A DNA stretch of 63,387 bases, counting the filler, from Chiloscyllium plagiosum (lineage: Eukaryota): assembly GCF_004010195.1 (NCBI RefSeq). It is 3 parts of 3 records of this genome, joined end to end, with 100 filler letters (N's around TTAATTAATTAA, not from the genome) between each part and the next. Parts side by side here need not be neighbours in the genome. Positions count along the whole stretch, not along the records: positions 1 to 27,837 come from NC_057717.1; 2 more parts are not named here. One strand, 5' to 3'. Position 1 is the stretch's first letter. Every line of letters starts with the position of its first letter. Shown one piece after another: positions 11,673-23,829 of this stretch. The notes under the pieces are model-generated. The model saw only the letters and a program-made list of their open reading frames with translations. It was not told the origin of the DNA and made no database searches. The position numbers were made by a program, and so were the translations under genes.

Positions 11673-13200
11673 CTCATTCATACTTTTGTTAAAGGGAATA
11701 AAGGAGGCCATGTGGGAGCTTTCAGTTAACCTCCAGTTTCCCAACATAACACAGTCTGATGAACTGCTTGGAAGTATGCAACCAGAGGCAGACTGGGCGA
11801 CCAACGCTCAAGGCAGCTTGTGGCCTTCCATGCCTGCCTTAGTGCAGGTCCAATTGAAGACTGCCATGTTGAAAGATTCTCCCTGCCAACCCGCAACAGA
11901 GTTGGCTGAGCTGCTTTCACTTGTTTTTCATCATTTTTGTTTTTCAAAATTGAGGAGGCTGCAGAAGTGAGGAACTGGTGTTGTAGTGGTACTGTCACTG
12001 AACTGGCAATAATCTGGGGACATGAATTAAATCCCACCCTGGCAGCTGGTGCAATTAAGTTCAATTGAAAGCTCACCTAATGATGATGATTATGAAGAAA
12101 CCATTATTGATTGTCATAAAAACCCATCTAATTCGCTACATTGATTAGGGCACTGAAGGTAGCAAGGGTACATAGTGCAATCTGAGTGCACAAATTCAGT
12201 GACCATTACCAGAAGTATCTCAGTAACACCACTATTGATTGAGCTAGCAGAGTCCGAAAGGACATAACTGCTAGATTGGTTCTGCAGTAGATGAGGTGGG
12301 AACCAAGGAGAGACAAAATCATACTTGATTTTATTTCCACCAATTTACCTGCCTCAAATGTAGCAATGAGAGTATTGGTGGAAGTGATTGACACACAGAT
12401 CTTATGGAGATTAACTCCAACCTTCTCACTGTCACAACTCCGTGACGTAGTATACTGGAGATCAGGTCTCACTATTCCCAGAATCATCACAAGTTACAGC
12501 TATTGTACTGAAGTCCACATAACAAAGCTCACATATTCCTAAAAATCTCATGATTTTCTATTCAGCTTTAGAAATGTGGAATTCAATCAGATTCTTCACT
12601 TATGCGGTTCTTGGTAATATTTATCTTTGCCCTATGAAGTATCCCAAGTAAGTTACCTTTGCTTTTGTGAATTCACTTTTGGCCAGATTTATTACTCAGC
12701 CAGCTGACTACAATTGCTTAAGTAGGTCTTCTAAGTACCTTACATGGTCTTCCCATGTATATAACAACATTGTCTAATAAAACTGCAATATCAGATACTT
12801 TAGCAATGGCTTGATGCAAAAGTCTTTGGAATGTAACTGGGGCCATTTAAAACCCAGAGAAGTCACTTTACTTACTGTCTTAACATGTTTCTATTGACCA
12901 CTGATCTTTGCTTTCAGAGGTTCATCCTGTTTAAGCGCACAAAAACTTTGTATCCTGCTTGCAACTATCTAATATTCTGTTGACAACATGCTTATCTGCC
13001 TATTCTTTTCATAATCTCCTGGGAGGTGTTTAAATGCTGCTGCACAATTTTATGTGCTCCCATAAGTCTGTAGAAACTGAACATACAATCCAATAGTGAC
13101 CAATTTATGTTCTTTTGTCTTAAGAACTCTTCCATAATCAATTTTAATGGCTTGTCTCATGCTCATTGATTAGTTCAGTTGGATCAAACCCAAATGATTC

Positions 13201-13470
13201 AACAAGTCCACACCGACCTTCCGAAGAGCAACCCACCCAGACCCATTCCCATACATTTACCCCTGACTAATGCACCTAACACTACGGGCAATTTAATATG
13301 GCCAATACACCTGCACATCTTTGGACTGTGGGAGGAAACCGGAGCACCCAGGGGAAATCCACGCAGACACAGGGAAAATGTGCAATCTCCAAACAGACAT
13401 TGCCCGAGGTGGGAATTGAACCAGGGTCCCTGGCATTGTGAGGCAGCAGTGCTAACCACTGAGCCACCCC
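13201..13470 (-). mobile_element. HE1-type SINE (3'-truncated)
   Basis: Reverse complement matches the 9617 SINE; tail missing. Confidence 0.85.
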
Positions 13471-14692
13471 GATGAGGAAATCCTTCTGTATATCCATGGC
13501 CAAGAGGAAGAATATTCGAGAATCCTCTGCTTCCAGCTGTCACATCGATAATGACAATATGGATGAGACAACGTGAGTTGACGAATGTTCTGGTGCTCCA
13601 CTTAAAACTGAAGAGCCAAGGAAGATGAACAATCAGCCACCAAGGTTCCTGAAAAATCAAGAATGTAGATGCACACGAAGTGTCATTGAAACTACCACAA
13701 ACAATCAAGAGAAGGAGCTGTCAGCTAATGTAGAAACATGTAGAATTTCAAAAGTTCAGAAAGGTTATCTTATCACAGAGAGCAGTGATTCTGACGAACC
13801 AGTTTTTCTTGATGGCCAGAATGTTGAACGGAAACGGAGTTATAAGCATGCAGTGGCAGCTGTGTGTAATTACAATGAAGAATTAGAAACAGATGACTTT
13901 CCACCAAGAAAGAAGACCCCTTCACCAGACCTTACAGCCAGCCATGTGGTTCGACTAAAGCACAACAGCTTCCTCCATGCAGTTCAAAAGAACCAATTGA
14001 TGATGACCCCAGTGTCTGTTGGCTGCACAGTAGTTAAGTCCTTCATTAAATGCACACTCCACTGAAAGTTGATCCCAAGGAACAAGAGACAGCTCGTCTG
14101 GCAAATCTAAAGAAGAAACGAGAACAAGAGGAAGAAAGAATGCAAAAGATGGAGGAAGAGAAGAAACGCAAAATGGAAGAGTTTAAAAGAAACGGGAAAT
14201 GCAAATAAAGCGTGTTTTGGAAACCCGTTCCAGAGTTCAACAACAAGAAGAAGAAAAGATCAAAAAAATTGAGCAGAAGTTTGCTCAAATTAATGAGAAG
14301 AATGCAAATTAATGAGAAGAATTGTGGGCGGCACGGTGGCACAGTGGTTAGCACTGCTGCCTCACAGCGCCAGAGACCCGGGTTCAATTCCCACCTCAGG
14401 CGACTGACTGTGTGGAGTTTGCACATTCTCCCCGTGTCTGCGTGGGTTTCCTCCGGGTGCTCCGGTTTCCTCCCACAGTCCAAAGATGTGCAGGTCAGGT
14501 GAATTGGCCATGCTAAATTGCCTGTAGTGTTAGGTAAGGGGTAAATGTAGGGGTATGGGTGGGTTTCGCTTCAGCGGGTCGGTGTGGACTTGTTGGGCCG
14601 AAGGGCCTGTTTCCACACTGTAATCTAATCTAAATCTAAATCTAAATCAAAGATGCGTAAGGAAAGATTTGCTGAAGAGAAAGCAAAAAAAG
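13471..14692 (+). pseudogene. INCENP: Processed pseudogene fragment of inner centromere protein, split by a SINE
   Basis: SFLHAVQKNQLMMTP..VVKSFIK/TPLKVDPKEQETARLANLKKK...IEQKFAQINEK [SINE] KMRKERFAEEKAKK matches the INCENP central and coiled-coil region as I recall it; no introns; frameshifts and stops. Confidence 0.88.
14326..14648 (+). mobile_element. HE1-type SINE inserted in the INCENP retrocopy
   Basis: Full length, near-identical to the 9617 copy, (TAAATC)n tail. Confidence 0.9.
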
Positions 14693-15100
14693 AATATTGA
14701 ATTCAACATTTTTAGGGTTTGAGGCCACCTCGTTACCCCAAGACGTGCACACCAGGCCTTGTTATTACACAGGCTGCTACAACTTTATCAGCTACTAATA
14801 GCCCCAATTAGGAGGTATTCATTGCCCCCAGACTGACCTTTAGCCACTTCTGTCTTTCCAACTGTTTTTCTTTCTCTTTGGTCTTTATCTTCACTGATCA
14901 TTTCCTCCTCTCCGGCCCCACCCAATGTCCTGAGTAAATATCAGCTTTTTCCTAGCTTCCATCAGTTCTGAAGAAGGGTCCCTGGACCTGCATTGTTAAC
15001 TCTGATTTCTCTCCACAGATACTGCCAGACTTGCTGAATGTTTCGAGCAATTTCTGTTTTTATTTCTGATTTTCAGCTACCATGCTGCTTCTATTTTTTT
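14693..15100 (+). mobile_element. PLE family C 3' end
   Basis: Starts with NIEFNIFR (aligns with PLE endonuclease end NVDFTSF); degenerate hammerhead GTTCTGAAGAAGGGTC..GACC..GTTAAC at about 14965-15000; tail shared with 50419-50560. Confidence 0.65.
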
Positions 15101-15489
15101 GGTAGACTTCGGATATTTTATACCCAAATTACCAATCATTATCCTGGAAAATTTTAGTCACAATGTTGGAACCTTAGTCAGATTGTATTTCAATTGGTAG
15201 TCCATATCAAGAACAGTACTGAGTTAACTTTTCCACTACTACCTTAATTGTTATTGTCCAATCTATAATTGTAAGGACTGGTAAGTTCTGTTCCTCTCTC
15301 CAATTGGATTTCCATTCTAACCTTTCTTTTTGTACTCCATTGTTACTTCTGTTTTCTCTCCTGGTATTTGATAAAATCTTTGCCAAAACTTGTTTCTGCA
15401 CCCACACATCATTCCTCAGTGACTCCTCCGGCTCTAGGTCACCCAGCATGAATTCTGACTGAAGTTTCATCCTTTGCATTTTCACTCAG

Positions 15490-17150
15490 GATCATGATGT
15501 ACAAAACACCTCAGACAGTTGTTCTCATCACTGAGGACCACACTGAATGCTATGTGCCACCATTTGCACACTCTTGAGCTCTTTTTCAATCAGTGCTACC
15601 TCTTGCTGGCTCAGAGCTGTCCTGCACCTCAGTTTCAATGGACTTTCCAGCTCTTTCAGCATTCTAATAAGAATCTTTTTTTCTTTCAGGCATTGAGAAA
15701 TGCAAACTGGTACAACTCAGAGATACACATGCCCCTCTGGAATGCCACTCCCCTCCCTTCTCCTCTGACTCTATCCTTTTTCCTGATTCTACTACTTGTC
15801 AAATATTTAATATCCCTTCTGACCTTCCACTCTCTGATGGTGAACATTCCACACTGAGCAACTGTCTTAGTTGTATCTCTTTGTGCCCTCACCTTAATGA
15901 ATTTTGAATGCACATGTTTTGAACTCTTCTTCCGTCACCTCTGCCTCTGTGCCCAATTCTTTGGGTAGAGTCCTCTCTACACCCCATGGAATCTTCACCC
16001 GCCTCCAACACTCTCCCTTTACCTGGACTCTTCCTTGTTGCCTTTTTCCTGCTCTTGACCTGTTGAGAACTGCTGATGCAGCATTGGTTGTCTTAATTTC
16101 CCTACCTCACATTACACATTTGAACCAATCTCCTTCTGAACTGACTGCTGTCAGATCCACTTCTGACTTTCTCATCAAGCCTGCAAACAAGGATAGTGCT
16201 GTTATTGTGTGTCATAATGACCTCAACATTGCAGAGGCTTAGTGCCAGCTGTTGGACATCTTCTATCTTACCCTGGACTACGATCCCACCATTGAGCATC
16301 ACACCATTGTATCCACAACTTTAATTAACCTCATTTTATCTGGGAATCCCCCCCCCCAACAGCCTCTAAACCCATAGTCTCCCAATTGCCTACACTGAAC
16401 TCTCAACTGTTAATGTTGATCTCTCTCACTGCATCTTCCCTGCAGCTTTAATACTGTATTCTAACATCTGCTTGCAATATGATTTTGATCTCTAGCTATG
16501 GACTTTATTAGCCATTCTGTTCTGTTACCTGATGGACTTTGTATGGTATGAACTGCCCATAGACCATGCAAAACAACATTTTTCACTATATCTCGGTACA
16601 TGTGACAACAATAAATCCAATCAATTCAAATCAAAATCCTGCTTTTACCTTCTACCCACCTGAGCGGACCCATCGCTTCTGCCTGTTCCTGCCCTGCAGA
16701 ACTTATTTCTTCCTTCTTCAACTCTTTTTCTCCCCTTGACAGTCTCTCCCCCTTGCATCCATGATTCTTCTGATGCTTTACATCATTTTCCAGTATGTTG
16801 GCATCAATCTCCTCCTGTTCACCATGGACTTGCAATCCCTTTACATGTCCATCCCCCATAAGGGTGTTCTTAGACCCTCCACCTCTTCCTGGAAAGAAGA
16901 CCTGAACCGTCCCCATCCAACATCACACTGCTCCGCAACACACAAGCTCGTTCTCACTTTTAATAACTTCTCCTTTAATCCTCTCACTTCCTTTAGTCAA
17001 AGTTTGAGTACCCACATGGGCTCCAGTTATGCCTGTATCTTTGTGGGGTACATGGAACATTCCTTGATCCAATTTACTCGTGGTCCTCCAAATACTCTTC
17101 CTCTGGTATATTTTTGCCTTTTTTCTGGTGCAGTTTCCCTTAGGCATTCT
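15490..17150 (+). mobile_element. Degenerate PLE reverse transcriptase region
   Basis: IKPANKDSAVIV, LFTMDLQSLYMSIPH, LVLTFNNFSFN, HMGSSYACIFVGYME motifs. Confidence 0.85.
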
Positions 17151-17244
17151 TAATACAATAGTACTCCAGAACTCCTTCAGCCTCTGCTTCAGTGTGAACT
17201 GCCTACACTGACTCATGTAATTCTGAATCTGCTTTCTGTATTCA

Positions 17245-17492
17245 GGATTGAGATGAAGAATTTCTTCACTCAGAGAGTTATGAACCTGTGGAATTCTGTC
17301 CCATAGGAAGTTGTTAGGGCCAGTTCATTAGATACATTCAAGGGGGAGGTGGACATGGCCCTTGTTGCTAAAGGGATCGGGGGTATGGGGAGCAGGCGGG
17401 AATGGGATACTGAGATTCTATGATGGTATTGAATGGTAGTGCAGGCTCTGAGGGCCAAATGAGGTACTCCTGCATCTACTTTCTATATTTCT
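17245..17492 (+). mobile_element. CR1 LINE 3' end
   Basis: EMKNFFTQRVMNLWNS motif plus ...TACTCCTGCATCTACTTTCTAT tail. Confidence 0.8.
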
Positions 17493-20400
17493 GAGCTTCA
17501 CTTAATGATGATGAGTTAAATACCTCCTTTGGATTATCCTGTTTCATTATAAAGTTTCAGCTATTCTAACATCTGCTTGCAGTATGATTTTGATCTCTGG
17601 CTGTGGACTTTATTAGCCATTACTGTGGTCACCACTAATGATAGAATAATACTAGACTTTGTATTTGTAACTGATCCATCTCGTTCACCTCATTTGGACT
17701 TTGTGATTATGAATAAAATTATATCTTTCACTCCAGTCAAATGATTACCTAGGAGTAAGTACACTCCATCCAGAGGTAATTTCTTAACTGTTCCTACTAC
17801 CACTGGTCTGATAGCATGTCACATTCCAATTGCACTTTGTACCATTGAACTGGCACATACTTTGTACCTATCTTGTTTACTAATGCTAAATCTTACATTG
17901 CATTCTCTAGAAGAAAAACTAAATCCTTCTCCAGCAAAAGCAGCTGTTGTAAGAAGCAGAGTAGCATCTGTGTCCCTCAACAGAGTTGTGCGTTTTATGG
18001 CATGATTGGGAAAAAAAATAGTTCTTTGTTCTCTTGAAAAAAACCCTTTACATTCTCTGATCTCCCTATTAATCTGATTTGCATCTTTCAGTTTCCTGAT
18101 CGTAGTTAAAGTTGATCCGTTATATTTTTGTTTTGAGTTCCTATTACAGATTACACTCTTAGGAGCCTCAGCGCATCCTATACAACTCCCATAATTCTGA
18201 ATGAAGGTGTCCTACTTTATTACATTGGAAGCACTTCACTTTTCACCTACATCCTCAGCACCTTCCTTTCTGATCTGGAGAAGAGATTTTGGGGCATTCC
18301 TAGCTGTCCTTTTTTATACCCTGGCAATTTACCTTCCTTTCACTCTCCCATTCTCTATGCTTTTTAAGTTTATGTGGTTGAGGGAAACATGGTTTAGTTT
18401 TATAGATCAGCTCATAATTGTCAGCCATCCCTGTTTAGTAGTTGCAATTCTTTGGCCTTCAACAAGGGTTTTTAATTACAAAAGTTATTAATTTTTTTCT
18501 AAGAGAATGATCTCTCAGGGAACTTCATATGTGGTTTCAACTTCTAATGTTCATATATTTATATCAAAATTGCTTTGCTTAACCTTTTGAAATCCTTGGC
18601 AGGTTTGCCCAAGCTGTTTACTTAAATTTCAAAACTTTTCCTGTATGCTTCCTGAACTGTCACATGCTCCCAGTATAGTTCTTGTATACTGCCTTAATCC
18701 CTAGAAATCTCCTCTGACAATGATACATAAATATCCTATGAGCAATGTTCAGTTTTACTTTGGTTGTTTCATTTGTCTAGTTTTTCCAATGACATGAAGA
18801 ATGCTTCCACATTCTTTTCCTCAAATTTTGGTATGACCTGTACAACCTTAAACGTTGCCTCAATGGATTTTAGATTATGACTAGGATTTTCCCTATCAGA
18901 ATAAGCAGCATTCTCTTTTTTACAAACAGCATCATTTTAAGCTCATAGTTGTCATCTTTCTCTCCTGCCTTCCTTTGCCTTTGTAGTTTTAATTCTAATA
19001 TTCTAATGATCATTTCAAACTCCAACTTCTGCATTTTTTTTTCACATGCTGAAACTTTTTTTATTTGTAACTCAATATAAACTGATTCTAACATCTCACT
19101 ATTTGGAGTACTTGGTATCTCCTGTATCTCTATTAAGTGCAAATGCTGTGCTAATCCTTCAATTAGCTGTGCCTTTTTAGATCTGACAGGTAATGTCACT
19201 TCTAATTTATCTTCCAATTTCATTAAAAGAGATCATAAACATCAAGGTGAGTTAATCAGGAACAGTTATAGAAAGCCTTTACAACTTCCAATGCCATCTT
19301 ATCTTTGTAGTACAAGCCTTGGTGTTTATCTTTTAAGCCTTTGTCACTCATGCTAACTCCACATCCAATCTTAAATTGTCTTTGTTCCAAAACCCTGGAT
19401 CAGCCCTCAAACGTTGCCATGACTCACTGCGGCACTTTACTGGAAATCAAGCCCCACTTTTCCTAGAGTCTTCACAAAGTGAAAGGATTTAAACTGGCTA
19501 TGAAAAGTCCCCAGTGTAGATGACTGATGTTGACAGGTTAAAAGAAAACAATCATCAAAAGATAGTAAATAAACAGCTATTTATTGGAAACAGATTGTTA
19601 TTATTCCATGGCAGAAAAGAAACACTAATTGCTAACCTATAACTTTCTGAACTTCTGAACCTAATGAAAAAATTGCCATTTACATACAAACAGACATATT
19701 AAGAGACAAAACACAAATAATGCTAGTGGGAAAGGAACAGCACAGTTCTAGAATCAGATATAAATAAACAAGCATATCAGACAACCTGTTAACTCTGAGA
19801 TTTGACTCTAAGTGAGCTGGATCATTGTCAAGGACTTTCCATTTATAAATAAAGGGTGATTTGGTGATGGGATATTGGCCTCAATGGACTTATTTCACTG
19901 GAGAAATTCAGCAGCTTTGGTGGCATCTGTAGAGTTAAAACAAAAGTAACGTTTGGTATCCAGTAACCCTTCATCAGAACAGGTTGTAGCCACTCGACCA
20001 GAACCAATCAAAAAGTTGTTAGGTAGCTGATAATTCTGTACACAAGCAACTAGTCCAGGGTAAAAACCAAATACGTCTGTCACTAGGGAAACCTTCCCTT
20101 GGACTGTCACCCACAGAGCCAAGGATGCTAATATCTTCCCCAAGACTTTAATAAGGCCACCTTGTAGATGCAACACACAATGCATTCCAGTAACTTGCTT
20201 TTTCAAAAAAAAACTGCAACAACCTTTTTCACAGTCCCTCAGTTTAAAGCAAAGGATTTTCCTATTTTTGAATCTAGTCCAAAAAAAATTGCTTAACAAC
20301 ACTGAGGAAACCCTCCATCATGTTATGTGGTACTATCACTGTGCTGAATGCAATAGATTTTGAATAGAAACTGCAAATTGGGCATTCATGAGGTGTTGTG

Positions 20401-20711
20401 GACTATTGGGCCACAGCAGAATTGTCCTCTAACACAATGTGCAATCTTGTGGCTTGCCATATTTCCTACTCTACCATTATCATCAACCAGGGGATCAAAC
20501 AGGTTCAATGAAGAAAGCAAAAGGACATGCCAACAGCAGCACTAGCAATGTCTAAAACCGAGGTGTCAGCATAGCGATGTCACAGTACAGGGCGACTTAT
20601 TTGCCAAATAGTGGAAGGAGTATGTGATTGACAGAACTAATTGATCATACAACTAACGGATCAGATGTAAGCTCTGGACCTTCCTTCCATCACAAGATTA
20701 TGAATGGAATG

Positions 20712-21003
20712 ATTTGGAGATGCCGGTGTTGGACTGGGGTGGACAAAGTTAAAAATCACACAACACCACGTTATAGTCCAACAGGTTTAATTGGAAGCAC
20801 TAGCTTTCGGAGCGCTGCTCCTTCATCAGGTGGTTGTGAAGGAATTGTAAGACACAGAATTTATAGCAATAAATTCTGCTATAAATTCTGTCTTACAATT
20901 GTGTCCTCCACAACCACCTGATGAAGGAGCGGCCCTCTGAAAGCTAGTGCTTCCAATTAAACCTGGTGGACTATATCTTGGTGTTGTGTGATTTTTAACT
21001 TTG
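20712..21003. mobile_element. PLE family B fold-back element with two opposed hammerheads
   Basis: Inverted arms about 20744-20870 and 20878-21003; hammerheads at 20798-20832(-) and 20915-20949(+). Confidence 0.75.
20798..20832 (-). ncRNA. Minimal hammerhead ribozyme motif
   Basis: CAC-CUGAUGA-A-GGAGC(AGC)GCUCC-GAAA-GC-UA-GUG; palindromic AGCU. Confidence 0.8.
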
Positions 21004-23829
21004 AATGAGATAGTCATTGATGATTACACAATGTTCAGCACCATTTGCAACTCCTCACTGAAGCAGTTCATGTCCAAATGCAACGAGTCCTGGACAAAAT
21101 CCTGAATTGGGCTGTTAGGTGTCAAGTAACATTTATACCACACAGGTTTCAAGCACTGACCAAGGTAGAATCTGTCCATCTGCTCTTGACATTCAATTGC
21201 CTTAATTCTTTTACTGTCAGCATCTGGAGGTAAGGTCAAGTTGCCATAATCTCACCTGACCAAAGGCTGCTCTTTGATCAGAGGGGGACATATAGTGGTG
21301 GTTTAACCTAAGAGTCACCATGTTTCAGGTGATTAGATTAGATTAGATTAGATTCGATTCGATTTTATTTCTTGCGAATACAAGAATATAGGAATGCAAT
21401 GAGAAGTGTACAGTTGCTATACTTCAGCACCATCTTAGAAATATATATTTGGAATTAAAAACAAGAGCAGAAATTAAGGAAAAGAAAATGTCTAGATCAC
21501 CCTTGCTGCCACTGCCATGAGCCTTGAGCCAGACTCACCAATGCTGCCTATGCCGGACTACCAATGTCCAAGTGGCTACCCTGTAGTGCCATCACCGCTG
21601 CTGGGTCCATCTTGCCAATGTCATCTTGGAATCAACTTAAGTATCAGAATCCACAACCTTCTTGAACATGAGTTTTGAGAAGGTGAAGGACGAGATTGAG
21701 AAAGTGGTGTATTCATGGAACCTCACCCATTGCATGAATTGAACCGTGCTGTTGGCATTACTCTTCATCAAACCAATCATCCAGCTATCTGAATTAACTG
21801 AACTCTTCGTTGTGGGTTACCATTGACCAGAAATGAAATTGGATCAGACATATAAATACTTTGGCCAGAAGAGCAGGTCAGAGGCTAGATATTCTGCAGT
21901 GAATTACTCACCCTCTCACTGTTCGAAGCCTATCCAGTATCGACAAAGCACAAGTCAGATATCTGATGAGATATTCTCCATTTGCCTGAATGGGTGCAGC
22001 TTCAAACAACCGCTCAGGAAGCATCCAGCAAAAAGCAGGAAGCTTGTTTGAAGGTGGTGAATGAGGTGACAATGTTAATTCCTTCAACTGTCAATACACA
22101 GTGGCAGTTGTTGTACATTGCAATAACTCACCCTTCCTTCTTTAATAGAACCTAACTTATTAATTTCCTAATTTATAACATCTACCACCCAGCAACCCAA
22201 GGACAACAGATGCAGGTGTGTGCGCTCCCAAAAACATCCCCCCAAATCACACAACCTCCTCACTTGGACATATATCACTGTTTCTTCACAGGGGCAGAAT
22301 CCTTGAACTCCCTTCCTTAACAGCAATGTGAGTGTACTTGTACCATGTGCATAACAGGGTTCAAGAAGGCAGCTTACTACCACCTTTTCAAGGACAATTT
22401 GGGAGGGGCACTAATGTTGGCTTAGTCAGCAGTGCCTATATCCTGTGAATGATTTTTGTAAAATCACTTCCTTACTGTCATATGCATCTTCTTTCAAAAT
22501 GCAAGGGTTCTGATTGGTTCTTAAGTTCTGAAAGCTTGCTTGTTGTGCTTGGGTGAACAGGGAAAGCTCCATCAAAATCTTAATGTGTCGCTATTTCCCT
22601 TTGGAGTATTTTCAGGACCCGGAAACCTGTTTCTTCTATCCCTTCCTCCATCACCACCAGAACCAAAGCAAAGATTTAGTACATTTCTGAATATTCATTT
22701 GAGTCACCCCGAAGGTTTGACAGATGATTCAAACCTAGAGATGATTTACTGACTAGATTTCTTTCATTGTTCAAGGTTTTATTTATTTGTTTGTGGGATG
22801 CCATTGCCACTGGCAAAGCCAGCATTTACTACCAAATTAGGAATGGGCAATCAAAGCTGGCCTGGCCAGGGTTATACTGCTGCGATCATTGTGGTGTAGA
22901 GGCATCCAAATGGTTAACCCAAACATTGAAGAAACATTCATTTAATTCTATTTCAGGATGACTTATGAGCCTTGGAGGGGACATTATTGTGGTGATGTTG
23001 CCATGTGTCCTCGGTCTTAGTTCTTCTAGGTGATAGAGGTTGTAGATTTGGAAGGTGCTGTCAAAGGAGCATTGGTAAGATACTGCATTATACCTTGTAG
23101 ATGCACACACTGAAGCTACTGTGCCTCAGGTGGAGGAAGGGCCAATCACACAGCCTGCTTTGTCCTAGATGGTGTCAAGAATTATTTTTCAGTGTTGCTG
23201 GAGCTTCAACAGTAGCTGAATGAGAAAAGTAGTGGGTTATTCCTTCAAGATCCTTGTGGCTTCTGGACCATCTATGGGGAGCCTGCAAATGAGATACTCT
23301 AACCTGCAATTGTAACTATATAATTTATGTACCAGTCTATTTCTGTGCTGCAGGATGCTGATGGCGCTGTGATTCAGAATTGTGGTTAGTGAAGGATTGA
23401 GCCAATAGCTAACCTTAAATAGATTTTGTATTAATTCGCAGAACTAGATGTTAGAAACATACCTCTCCCTTCACAGTTACCACAGTCATACCGTGTATTT
23501 CATTTTCGGGATTCATGTGAACAACTAATTCTTGCCAAATAGCTGCAAACAATGAACATAATTCATGTACATTCAACAGATGATGGGAAATTCAATGATT
23601 GTATTGATGAGTAAGCTTTGTATGGTCAGTAAGGAGAGATCACATCTGGAATGAGAGACAGCCCAAGTGAATATATAGTTCGGGGATTTTGGAGGCTGCA
23701 TGTGAATTTGGTACTAAGGAGAAGAGGTGCTGTTTGCTTTTTTGGTTCATAGTTTGTAGGATTATATTAAAGAGGTAGATTGAAACACAGGATTCAGAGA
23801 TGCCCAATACAAAACAAAGTGACATCACT

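Larger units (their letters stand above)
12540..20320 (-). mobile_element. Decayed Gmr1-like Ty3/Gypsy LTR retrotransposon (LTR-PBS-gag-PR-IN-RT), interrupted by later insertions
   Basis: LTR about 19412-20320; PBS-Pro-like TGAGGGCTGATCCAGG about 19394-19409; gag PKFEEKNVEAFF about 18800; PR LLRDTDA about 17970; IN YGLPIEIQSD*GSN about 15190 and ESFGFDPTEL about 13190; RT MAPVTFQR/INLAKSEF about 12670-12850. Confidence 0.8.
20340..22450 (+). mobile_element. Degenerate L2/CR1-clade LINE with a tail of the type shared by Deu-domain SINEs
   Basis: RT remnants (WAVRCQVTFIPH) and 3' tail GGTTCAAGAAGGCAGCT..CACCTT..CAAGG; related copies at 22770-23220(-), 33440-33690(-), 34470-34710(+), 45250-45520(-). 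Confidence 0.55.
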
